From the IMG/VR virus record IMGVR_UViG_3300034198_030405: DNA of 20,000 nucleotides; one strand, given 5' to 3'. This document shows, piece after piece, positions 1 to 7,941 of the stretch; position 1 is the stretch's first letter; each line of letters opens with the position of its first letter. The notes below the pieces were generated by a model. It searched no databases and had not been told where the DNA came from. It saw nothing but the letters and a program-made list of their open reading frames with translations. Source of the DNA: an uncultured virus (IMG/VR IMGVR_UViG_3300034198_030405) (taxonomy: Duplodnaviria; Heunggongvirae; Uroviricota; Caudoviricetes). The translations under genes and the position numbers were made by a program.

Positions 1-32
1 GAATGCAAAGCAAATCAAGACTGTGAATAATT

Positions 33-200
33 ATGGAAATCTTTGCTGAAATATTTACATACGTGCTTGAAGAAAAAGTTAAAAAGCCCAAGCATGATGC
101 ATGTTATCGCAAAGCCAAGAGCAAATACAAAGTATTTCCAAGTGCATATGCAAGTGGATACATTGCAAAATGTCGCAAACGTGGAGGCAAATTAAAATGA
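33..200 (+). CDS. Small basic protein, 55 aa (MEIFAEIFTYVLEEKVKKPKHDACYRKAKSKYKVFPSAYASGYIAKCRKRGGKLK), not in the ORF track
   Basis: Translated by hand: ATG 33 to TGA 198-200. The DACY..K..YKV.PSAYASG...KCRK motif is one I recognise from T4-like phage proteins. ATGA overlap with the next ORF. Confidence 0.8.
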   Translation: MEIFAEIFTYVLEEKVKKPKHDACYRKAKSKYKVFPSAYASGYIAKCRKRGGKLK

Positions 201-514
201 TCAAATCTTACAAAAGAATTGAACCATATAGACTAGGAGATAAGAATTATAAAGTAAAGCGAACCTATGATGGCCGCTTTGCTGTCTATGATTATACAAA
301 AAAAGATTACATAGTTGCAACATTTGATGCAGACGAAGAATCTGAAGCTTATGAATCAGCAGAAAATCGCAACAAAGAAAATGATGCGAATTTTATGCAG
401 CACTTAAAAAATATAGCTGATTTAAAAAAGCAAGCTCATAGCTTCACACCTGAATCGTTTTTTCGGTATATGGATGGTTTGATTGTAGAAAACATGAAGA
501 CATTCATGCGTTAA
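197..514 (+). CDS. Hypothetical phage protein, probable start MIKSYK at 197 rather than 101
   Basis: ATGA overlap with the stop of 33..200 and GGAGG at 183-187. The 101-196 extension overlaps the upstream gene. Confidence 0.65.
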   Translation: MIKSYKRIEPYRLGDKNYKVKRTYDGRFAVYDYTKKDYIVATFDADEESEAYESAENRNKENDANFMQHLKNIADLKKQAHSFTPESFFRYMDGLIVENMKTFMR

Positions 515-599
515 TGAGTGCACTGAAAATAATATTAAAAAGAATTAACCTGCAACAGCAACAATGCATAAATGCCTTGCATAGCGAATAAATAAATGT

Positions 600-986
600 A
601 TGCCAGCTTTTAATTTTGAACTCCGCGATGCAACTGCATATAATCCACAGCCACTTAATGCAACCCTTTCTGCATCTAATGGTACCATTGTCGTAAATTC
701 TTTTGGAACCATTAATAGTAAACGAGTTGTAGCGGTTTTATACAATAATAATTTCACCAATGCAGATACCACCAAGGTGACACTTTCTGCAGCATATGGC
801 TTGAGCATTACTGTAAACAGGAGTTTCCAGGGTCAAACCATTGCTCTCGAATTCCCTGATCGTACAAGTTCCCTCGTGACTGTAACAACTGCATTTGGAG
901 TATCCAAAGTTCAGAATGTATCAGCAGCAAATACGGATAATATAAGCCCCAACACACGTAGATTGTGGGCACTTGAAATGAATTAA
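600..986 (+). CDS. Hypothetical Asn/Thr/Ser-rich beta-rich protein, possibly virion-associated
   Basis: 128 aa ORF with AATAAATA (587-594) 5 nt before the ATG. Confidence 0.7.
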   Translation: MPAFNFELRDATAYNPQPLNATLSASNGTIVVNSFGTINSKRVVAVLYNNNFTNADTTKVTLSAAYGLSITVNRSFQGQTIALEFPDRTSSLVTVTTAFGVSKVQNVSAANTDNISPNTRRLWALEMN

Positions 987-1021
987 ACACCAAATTGATT
1001 ATTCAAATCTTCGTATGACAT

Positions 1022-1369
1022 TTAAGCGAGGTGGAAGCTGCAAAGGTTACTCATTAATATTGCAGCAGGAACCAATAAACTGACAAGATTCCAATTCTTG
1101 CATGAAAAATATCTAGCAGTTCCCGGCTTAGCACTTGAACATTTGTGACGCGCTCTAAATGACTTACGCTTCTTAGGATTAGATTTTTTGATTCTCAGAT
1201 TGGGATCACCATAATGAATGCGCTTAAGCTTACCACCAACACGCGCACAGCGCATGTATTTTTTATCATCTCTAGTTGATGATTGTTGCCCTGTTACCTT
1301 GGTGCAGCGTACACCTTTCTTCGCTTCGAGCAACAGCTGTTCAAATATAATGTTAAACTGACTAATCAT
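1022..1369 (-). CDS. Small basic Cys/His protein of T4-like phages (GDPNLRIKKSNPKKRKSFRARHKC motif), start MISQF
   Basis: Motif recognised from cyanophage-type T4-like proteins. Perfect TATAAATA (1375-1382) lies 5 nt before ATG 1369; the longer start at 1447 would run through a terminator. Confidence 0.8.
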   Translation of the reverse strand: MISQFNIIFEQLLLEAKKGVRCTKVTGQQSSTRDDKKYMRCARVGGKLKRIHYGDPNLRIKKSNPKKRKSFRARHKCSSAKPGTARYFSCKNWNLVSLLVPAAILMSNLCSFHLA

Positions 1370-1382
1370 GTTTATATTTATA

Positions 1383-1417
1383 CAAAAAGAGCGCTGGAGT
1401 AGCAATCCTCCAGCGCC
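1383..1417 (-). terminator. Rho-independent terminator (copy 2) after the methyltransferase
   Basis: Minus strand GCGCTGGAG-GATTGCTA-CTCCAGCGC (9 bp stem) followed by TCTTTTT. Confidence 0.85.
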
Positions 1418-1471
1418 AATATGATTTTCTGCTTCAATCTGAAGCACACGATCCTTTTCGTAAGCATAAAG

Positions 1472-2401
1472 CTATCTAACATAAACAAATAGCCATTCAG
1501 CATTTTGCTTAGCTTTATTAGTAAAGTGTGAAAATGTCTTGCCTAATTTTGTTGTTTGAATTAATCTGTATCCCTGCAGCTCAAATGCAGATTGTACATG
1601 ATGCTTGTAGGTGCTGTTTATAACTACGCCCCAAATATTTGCAACGCTATTACCAATCATGCAGTTAAGAAATTCTTGATAATCATTTGTATCCCTAAAC
1701 TTTTTTTTACTATATTGTTCAATGTTATAGTATGGCGGACACGTGAAGCATGCGTCATTTTTTGTATAAATTTTTGTGCAGTCGTTATTGGAAACAGAGT
1801 GATGCGCATTACAAAAATTAATAATTTTTTCAGCACCAATACATGATGCTTCCCATGCATCATTGTAATGATAGTTAATATTTAGTGCACCAAGTATTCT
1901 GTGGCCCCACCCACCGCAGGGATCATAAACATCTTTTATATTGTATTGCTGTATAAATTTACGCAACCATAATGGAGAGAAATGCGAAAAACCGCTACAA
2001 ATACCAGATATCTTAAACCCTCGAAGTATTTCAGCATTGGTAAATTCGTTTTTGTTTAAATATTTTTTTCTATTAGCAATTAATTTATCTCTAATTTCTA
2101 GATGTTGCCATAGCCGGCGCTCATTATGATAAAAATGTGGCTGAAAGTTTAAAACAATTTTATTGTTACGAGGAGTTGCGTCATAAGTTCCATCAGATAT
2201 TTTATACATATTTAATTCCCGCTGAAGCTGCTGTTCTGTATAACACAATGCCAGACAATCATCATTGCTTCTATCATTTGAAATCCACCTGTATATAGTA
2301 GCAGCAGAAATAATACCCTGCATTAAATCAATGATTGCTTGCTTAGGCATTGATTTGGCCATGAGCATAACTTGCTGCTTTAATTCAGTTAATTTGATCA
2401 T
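1472..2401 (-). CDS. Putative amino (N4C/N6A) DNA methyltransferase with N-terminal HTH-like segment
   Basis: SAM-binding motif I VYDPCGGWGHR and motif IV-like FTCPPYY. The N-terminus has an HTH-like ISAATIYRW segment. Confidence 0.75.
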   Translation of the reverse strand: MIKLTELKQQVMLMAKSMPKQAIIDLMQGIISAATIYRWISNDRSNDDCLALCYTEQQLQRELNMYKISDGTYDATPRNNKIVLNFQPHFYHNERRLWQHLEIRDKLIANRKKYLNKNEFTNAEILRGFKISGICSGFSHFSPLWLRKFIQQYNIKDVYDPCGGWGHRILGALNINYHYNDAWEASCIGAEKIINFCNAHHSVSNNDCTKIYTKNDACFTCPPYYNIEQYSKKKFRDTNDYQEFLNCMIGNSVANIWGVVINSTYKHHVQSAFELQGYRLIQTTKLGKTFSHFTNKAKQNAEWLFVYVR

Positions 2402-3185
2402 GTAATGTGTTTGATATTTTTGTATCTGTTTCTTGAAATTTAGCGTTTTTGGTTAAATTTTCTATTTCCCATAGAGGCTGGTAATTAGAGAAATGGCATA
2501 TATCTTTGAGATGTTCTGGTGTAAGTTGTTGCAAGCAGCAAAGCGGTTTAATGTGATCTAGATGCCAGCATTGCTCTCCTCTGCCATGATTGTCCCAGGT
2601 CATTCCTGGTCTAAATTGTTTTTCAATGTGTTGTTTGAACTCTTCAATTGTACAGCCTAAATATACAATTGATGGATGATGTTTGGAGCAATTAGCATAT
2701 TTGATGGCCTGTCTAATATGTTCTCTAATGTTGCATTTCATTTTATGCAATGGATCGGTGTTGTATTTTTCGCGTAAATGTGGTTTACTTTCAACATAGT
2801 GCTTTTGTGCTCTTTGTTTGTATTGCTCCTTGTTATCTAACCGGTGCTGCTTAATGCGAATATTATTTTGTTCTTTTTTATTTGTGCTCAAACTTTTATA
2901 CCACTGTTTCCAGTATCTAGCTGTATCACCTGATTCAGCTCGCATTTTTCTATACTCTCTTTTGCGATCATTGACATCAACATCCTGCTTTGTTTTTTTG
3001 TAACTCTCATTGGACATCTTTTTGATCTTGTTGCGTAGCTCTGGATTTATCCAATATTTTACAGTTTCAGGCCACACGTTAAATTTTGCTTTTACAGACC
3101 ATATACCGTGCATATTTGCATATTCAATTATCTCTCTCTTTTGCTCTTCGGTCCATGTTTTGTTCTTTCTAAATTGCAACGACAT
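2385..3185 (-). CDS. HNH endonuclease (homing-endonuclease-like) with N-terminal HTH and Lys/Arg-rich linker
   Basis: C-terminal LGCTIEEFKQHIEKQF..GMTWDNHG...WHLDHIKPL...CHFSNYQPLW..EN..K signature. TATAAATA at 3191-3198. Confidence 0.85.
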   Translation of the reverse strand: MSLQFRKNKTWTEEQKREIIEYANMHGIWSVKAKFNVWPETVKYWINPELRNKIKKMSNESYKKTKQDVDVNDRKREYRKMRAESGDTARYWKQWYKSLSTNKKEQNNIRIKQHRLDNKEQYKQRAQKHYVESKPHLREKYNTDPLHKMKCNIREHIRQAIKYANCSKHHPSIVYLGCTIEEFKQHIEKQFRPGMTWDNHGRGEQCWHLDHIKPLCCLQQLTPEHLKDICHFSNYQPLWEIENLTKNAKFQETDTKISNTLHDQIN

Positions 3186-3242
3186 GCTATTATTTATATG
3201 AAAGTCTTATTTTTGCAAGATAATTTTTTTGGCGTTTGTGTA

Positions 3243-3277
3243 TAAAAAAAGCGCTGGAGTAGCAATCCTCCAGCGCC
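3243..3277 (-). terminator. Rho-independent terminator (copy 1) downstream of the major capsid gene
   Basis: Same 9 bp GC hairpin followed by T7, about 22 nt after the g23 stop. Confidence 0.9.
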
Positions 3278-3299
3278 GATTAATGCTTTGTTCCTTCAA

Positions 3300-4769
3300 T
3301 TAGAAGTAGACTGTCTGTGACGCAGGTGTGAATGCCACACCAAGACCCTGAACAATGATTACGTGATAGTACAGATTAGCACCGAAGATGTTATCAACAA
3401 CGCCATAACGTGTAAGCAAGCCTACACGTGGAGCGAAGTCGTTTGGACCAATGGTACGCTGCACCATGACAGGAATGTACGGACAATAGATAATACCAGT
3501 GTCATAAAATTCGCTGCCTTTGTAACCAAGTAGTGCATACTCAACGCCTGCGGTTTGACCGGTATAACCGTTGTCACCATAGACATTGCTGTTTTGCACT
3601 TCAGTACGAGTGTCGCGGTACACATTGAATCTTCCACCAAGGCTTCCTACCTTAGCAACCCCAGTTGCCTGGGTGTTAACGTTGCCTTGGACAGGTGCCC
3701 ACTGAAACTCAGGAAGCATTTCAAGGATTGCACACACACGAGGTGTTGCAACGATGAAATTAGCCGAACCGCGACGATTACGTACTGCGATGCGATTTGC
3801 TTCGATGATGAGTCTCTGGTAGAAGTCACGGTTGCGCTCTACCATCCAGCGACCATCTGCTGAAGCTGGGCTCCAGACAGAATAGCCAACGCCGTATGGC
3901 TGACTGAGTGCGGTTTGGACCATTCGGATAATCATTTCACGGTCGATTTCAGCCTGGATTTCATATGCCATAGCATTTGTAATCTCAGCATCAATATCGA
4001 TACCGTTCATGTTCTTCAGATCCTGTTCCAACTCAACAGACCAACGAGCGCCCAGACGGCGAGTACCGGCTTCAACTGCTGTCTTTTCAAAACTAACTTC
4101 GACTGTTGGGATGTTGCTATTGATTTCGAAATTCTTCAAAATCTCTGCGACACCACGGTCCTGGTTAGCGAAAGTCCAGTAGCTATTACCGGAGAGTACA
4201 GTTGCGGAAGTACCGGTGAAGCGGGTGTCAATGAACTGGTATCCCATTTCATTTTGTCCGTTGCCGGTTCCGTAACTAACTCCTTGCTGACTGTGCGTGC
4301 CTGATGTACCTTGTGTAGATCCGTCAATGCTGTTTGCGTTACCAAGTGTGTTTGTACCATACTTGTAGCGAAGAGCAAAGGCGAGTCCGACAGGGCCGCT
4401 CATTGGCTGCACACCGCATATCTCGTTACTGATAAGTTCAGGGAACGTACGACGAATCATCGGAATCAAAATCTTTGGAAGACGAGCATCATTTGTAGCA
4501 TAGCTGTCGGAAGAGGAAATTCCGGTAGGAGGGGAGTATTGACCACCCGCTGCACTACCAAAAGAACCGCCTTGACCGCCAACGTTTGCTTCGTTCAAGC
4601 ACCATGCTTCTTGGTTTTCCAAGAGCATTGCGGTATTTAAACGAGTGTGTTCGTTTTCGATGGCTGCGACGTTCTTGGAGGTGTAATCCAATACTGGACC
4701 CCACTTTTCAAGAAGCACCTTAGCGCGATTTTGATCGATATAAGCCTGTGTAGGTTTGATTCTATTCAT
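3300..4769 (-). CDS. g23: T4-like major capsid protein gp23
   Basis: Motifs LLEKW.PVL, LENQE, IRR..P.LI...ICGVQPM.GP.GL.FALR, EKTAVEA..RRL.A.WS.EL.QDL, EIQAEIDRE, YCPYIP, F.PRVG..TRYG. Upstream AAGGA SD-like sequence. Likely gp21 cleavage at LNE60/A61. Confidence 0.98.
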   Translation of the reverse strand: MNRIKPTQAYIDQNRAKVLLEKWGPVLDYTSKNVAAIENEHTRLNTAMLLENQEAWCLNEANVGGQGGSFGSAAGGQYSPPTGISSSDSYATNDARLPKILIPMIRRTFPELISNEICGVQPMSGPVGLAFALRYKYGTNTLGNANSIDGSTQGTSGTHSQQGVSYGTGNGQNEMGYQFIDTRFTGTSATVLSGNSYWTFANQDRGVAEILKNFEINSNIPTVEVSFEKTAVEAGTRRLGARWSVELEQDLKNMNGIDIDAEITNAMAYEIQAEIDREMIIRMVQTALSQPYGVGYSVWSPASADGRWMVERNRDFYQRLIIEANRIAVRNRRGSANFIVATPRVCAILEMLPEFQWAPVQGNVNTQATGVAKVGSLGGRFNVYRDTRTEVQNSNVYGDNGYTGQTAGVEYALLGYKGSEFYDTGIIYCPYIPVMVQRTIGPNDFAPRVGLLTRYGVVDNIFGANLYYHVIIVQGLGVAFTPASQTVYF

Positions 4770-4842
4770 AAATATTCCTTTTTTCTTATTCTCGATCTCA
4801 GGTATTTTTGTACCTCATTTTTGTGATTCCACTAGTACTATA

Positions 4843-5730
4843 TTAGTACTTGGAAAGTTCTTGGAGATACGGGCTGCATGTCTGTGATGTGAATTGTGAG
4901 GACTCCTCAACAATTCTACTGTCAGCAGGGGCATCATCTGTTGCGACGATGTCATGCATTGCCTGTTCTCTGAGAAAGTCAACTTGGTCACGCTCGGTCC
5001 TGTCAAACAGGCCGATGGTGTAATCGATGTTTTCTGCAATGAATGTTGCAGACTTGCCATCAAGAACACGCTTGACATATTCACGCTTTTTAATTGGAAG
5101 AGTAGATGTCTTCTCCGTAAGGATCAGATCTGCTTGTGATTTAACAAGCTTTTCTTCCAACAACCGAGCGCGGCGTTGTACTTTCTCAAGCTCTGTATGA
5201 GCTTCATTAATTTGGTTTTTGCCATCAATCACTGCTGTTCTTATCGACTCACCCATGAGAGCGGAATCAATGGCAAGATGTTGGCGAAGATTTTCTAAAA
5301 CATGCTGAGCTTTACGCTCAATCACTGCTTTGTTTATGAATTCTTGTGGAATTGCTTGTTCCAAATATACTTCAAGATATCTGCTCATTGATTTAACGAG
5401 GCTTTTCTTGAACTGTGCTGCTTCATTTGCAAGGGCTGTTTTGTACTTTTTAACAACTCTGTTGAGCTTAACAGCATTATTTGTATCAATTGCTTCTGCA
5501 AGTTTAAGAAGCTTGCCAGTATGATTTCCATCAATTGTCTCAAGAAGCGATTGTAGCTTATCTGCATATTCTGCATCCTGACTCACAAGCGCTGCTTCAA
5601 TATTAAGAGTAGACTTTTCGTCTACCGCTTTATCGAAAGCTTCTTGGACTGCTACTAAGGATTCCTCTGAAAGAATGCCTTCGGTGGCTTCTTTAATTAT
5701 GTCTACGAAGTTGTTGTTGGTATTTCCCAT
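4843..5730 (-). CDS. g22: Prohead core scaffolding protein gp22
   Basis: Acidic, helical 295 aa protein located between the protease and g23. Confidence 0.85.
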   Translation of the reverse strand: MGNTNNNFVDIIKEATEGILSEESLVAVQEAFDKAVDEKSTLNIEAALVSQDAEYADKLQSLLETIDGNHTGKLLKLAEAIDTNNAVKLNRVVKKYKTALANEAAQFKKSLVKSMSRYLEVYLEQAIPQEFINKAVIERKAQHVLENLRQHLAIDSALMGESIRTAVIDGKNQINEAHTELEKVQRRARLLEEKLVKSQADLILTEKTSTLPIKKREYVKRVLDGKSATFIAENIDYTIGLFDRTERDQVDFLREQAMHDIVATDDAPADSRIVEESSQFTSQTCSPYLQELSKY

Positions 5731-5731
5731 A

Positions 5732-5878
5732 TCAGAAAAGCGTTGTGGTTTTTACGGCAGAGGCAATCTTATGCTTAACATTGGCTTCGACGATTGCTTG
5801 TATATATTTAGTTGCGCTGTGGTAATTTTTATTATTTACCGCACTGATAAATTTAATTATTTGCTGTTTATTACGCAT
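5732..5878 (-). CDS. Small 48 aa protein (MRNKQQIIKFISAVNNKNYHSATKYIQAIVEANVKHKIASAVKTTTLF), possible prohead core protein; not in the ORF track
   Basis: Translated by hand. Fills the g21-g22 gap, stops 1 nt before the g22 ATG, and has AATAAATA at 5886-5893. Confidence 0.7.
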   Translation of the reverse strand: MRNKQQIIKFISAVNNKNYHSATKYIQAIVEANVKHKIASAVKTTTLF

Positions 5879-5888
5879 ACGAATGTAT

Positions 5889-6554
5889 TTATTTAATCAG
5901 GTTAATGAATTTAATGATGTGTTCACGCAAAAATACATCTAAATTTTTCTTCGGTAAACGTGAGATGTTTCGCTCAAAACTATCATAGGATTCTTGATAC
6001 TTGCCATCAGTCGCAACTACCCACTGCTTGCTCTCAAGTATACCATTAACAAACGCTTTTGGATATGAAGGATCCGCAACGCAATCAATTGCCACCAATC
6101 GCATTTCTTTAACAACGGAGGTGCCATTGCTTTCAGAAACCAATTGACCAAGAGCTCTTGAGCTCATGCCAACTTTCACACCATCATTGATGAGAGCTCT
6201 GACAATTAGACCGCATGGTGTTGAAAGAACTTTGCTCTTGCCATAAAATACATTGCCTTCCTGCCATAAATCAGTAACAATGTGACATGCACGTTCCAAA
6301 TCTACATCAGCGGTAGTTGGATGATTGAGCTCTCCCATTGCACGTCCCGTTTTAATCATTTCAGATGTATATCGTGTAACTTCACGAGTCATCTCCTCCA
6401 ATGGGTATAGCCGCTTGTTTCTATTTACACCATTTGCCATCATATATGGACCTTTGATAAAAAGAGTTGCAGGTGCATTACGATCCTTTTCTTCAAGAAT
6501 GTATTCAAACTCTTCCTGTGGAGCTGGTTTTTCTACTAGCAATTTAAACGCCAT
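5889..6554 (-). CDS. g21: Prohead protease gp21, probable start MAFKLL at 6554
   Basis: N.N.R.YP, RAMGELNHP (catalytic His), G.SSRALG (catalytic Ser), D.VADPS.P.AFVNGILES. Perfect TATAAATA at 6560-6567. Confidence 0.95.
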   Translation of the reverse strand: MAFKLLVEKPAPQEEFEYILEEKDRNAPATLFIKGPYMMANGVNRNKRLYPLEEMTREVTRYTSEMIKTGRAMGELNHPTTADVDLERACHIVTDLWQEGNVFYGKSKVLSTPCGLIVRALINDGVKVGMSSRALGQLVSESNGTSVVKEMRLVAIDCVADPSYPKAFVNGILESKQWVVATDGKYQESYDSFERNISRLPKKNLDVFLREHIIKFINLIK

Positions 6555-6559
6555 ATTCG

Positions 6560-6567
6560 TATTTATA
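6560..6567 (-). promoter_or_regulatory. T4-type late promoter TATAAATA (representative; perfect copies also at 1375-1382 and 3191-3198)
   Basis: Exact match to the T4 gp55 late promoter consensus, 5 nt before the ATG; variants precede most genes. Confidence 0.8.
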
Positions 6568-6640
6568 TTAGTAAGCATAAATTATACGCTTTATATCATA
6601 CATCATAGACTTTTTATGCTTGAAACATAACATACTAGCA

Positions 6641-7846
6641 CTATCCTACAAGAAACATTACAGGTTCTACTGCACCCATGCCTGGAGCCGAGCCGCTAAA
6701 CAGCTGTTCTTCGAGGCGTTTCTTTTCTTCAATGCCTTGTGTCATCATATCAGATGAAAAGACCTGGCCACCAAACAGCGGCAGCTGCCCATACTTACCT
6801 CTTACATATCCTACTGAAATTTTAGTAAGAGCAAGTGCGTATTCGTATACCCAAAACTCCTTGATTAAATCACGCAGCGGTCTTTCAACATATGCTGAAA
6901 TTACACCATAGAATCTGCTATTTGCAGTCGGCTGAGGATACATTACCATGTACTGAGTGCGGTCATCAAATTTCATCTCACGCTTAGTTGCGAGCATTTT
7001 TTCTCTTACATCAAGCCAATTTTTCAGTGTGTACCAAGACACAAGATCAAAGCCATAATTACCCATGGCATATGAAAAGTAGGTTTGTTGAGCAAGAGTT
7101 TGCTCAATGGTAAATAAAGTATTAATGCCTGTGGTACTACCTTCCTCAAAATCTGTAACAGACATTACTTTGCGGTAATCCATAACATCATAATCAAACA
7201 TGTTATTATATTGCTCTACTGCTGTAGTGGTACACTCACCTTGTATAGTAAGCTTATTATTGGTGCGCTGTGTTTGCTTAAAAGCACCTGTGAGAGAGAT
7301 GTTGAGAGTTGCTTTAAATGATGTTAAGATATTTGTACGGGTAAGCTCATCAAGTAATTGAAACTCAAAGAGACCAGATTCAGTAAAGTGTGCAGATAGA
7401 TTTGGAATTTGAGCAAAATAAGATACCGGTACTGCGCTTATACAAACATATTCTGCTGGAGGGGGCTCTATATATGGTGATGTTGATCTTGAAGTGGTCT
7501 GTGCTTCAAGTTTACGATCGATTGTTAAATTAGAATTTGATAAGGTGTAAAGTAAATCTAATCTTATGCCTTTATTCTTTTCATATAAATTTGAATCAAA
7601 GATCAAATACTCTTGCGTATATCCTGCATATCTTGTAAAAAGTTCACATGCAATGCTTATGTTTTCAAAAATTTGATCTTGATGTACTTCAATAGTAATT
7701 AATGGTGCACCCAATGCACGCACAATTCTGTCTGAGAGTCTACAAAATGAATCAATCCGACTATTGAGGTTGGTAGACTGGAACGCAGAAATTGGTGTAA
7801 TTGTGCAAGTATTAGCCATAGATATGTACATGAAAAAACATGTCAC
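6641..7846 (-). CDS. g13: Neck protein gp13-like; start uncertain (7846, 7831 or 7819)
   Basis: R.LGAP.I.IEV..DQI at the N-terminus; WV.EYALAL.K...G..RGKY....L.GG and a C-terminal P..F..G. Confidence 0.85.
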   Translation of the reverse strand: MTCFFMYISMANTCTITPISAFQSTNLNSRIDSFCRLSDRIVRALGAPLITIEVHQDQIFENISIACELFTRYAGYTQEYLIFDSNLYEKNKGIRLDLLYTLSNSNLTIDRKLEAQTTSRSTSPYIEPPPAEYVCISAVPVSYFAQIPNLSAHFTESGLFEFQLLDELTRTNILTSFKATLNISLTGAFKQTQRTNNKLTIQGECTTTAVEQYNNMFDYDVMDYRKVMSVTDFEEGSTTGINTLFTIEQTLAQQTYFSYAMGNYGFDLVSWYTLKNWLDVREKMLATKREMKFDDRTQYMVMYPQPTANSRFYGVISAYVERPLRDLIKEFWVYEYALALTKISVGYVRGKYGQLPLFGGQVFSSDMMTQGIEEKKRLEEQLFSGSAPGMGAVEPVMFLVG

Positions 7847-7941
7847 ACATATTTAGGCTCTGATAAGTATCGGAAGCATCATATTCACAAACATGAGAAA
7901 AATATTAATACTCAAATTTTGTGCCCCTGCAGAACTATAGG

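Noticed and set aside
1381..3277. CRISPR array or IS terminal repeats from the 37 bp repeat
   Set aside because: Only two direct copies 1.86 kb apart, each a terminator hairpin; no transposase or regular spacers.
3422..4640. Several alternative-frame and antisense ORFs within g23
   Set aside because: They overlap a clearly conserved gene and have no recognisable motifs.
2385..4769. Group I intron or intein in g23 hosting the HNH
   Set aside because: g23 is uninterrupted; the HNH lies beyond its terminator with its own promoter.
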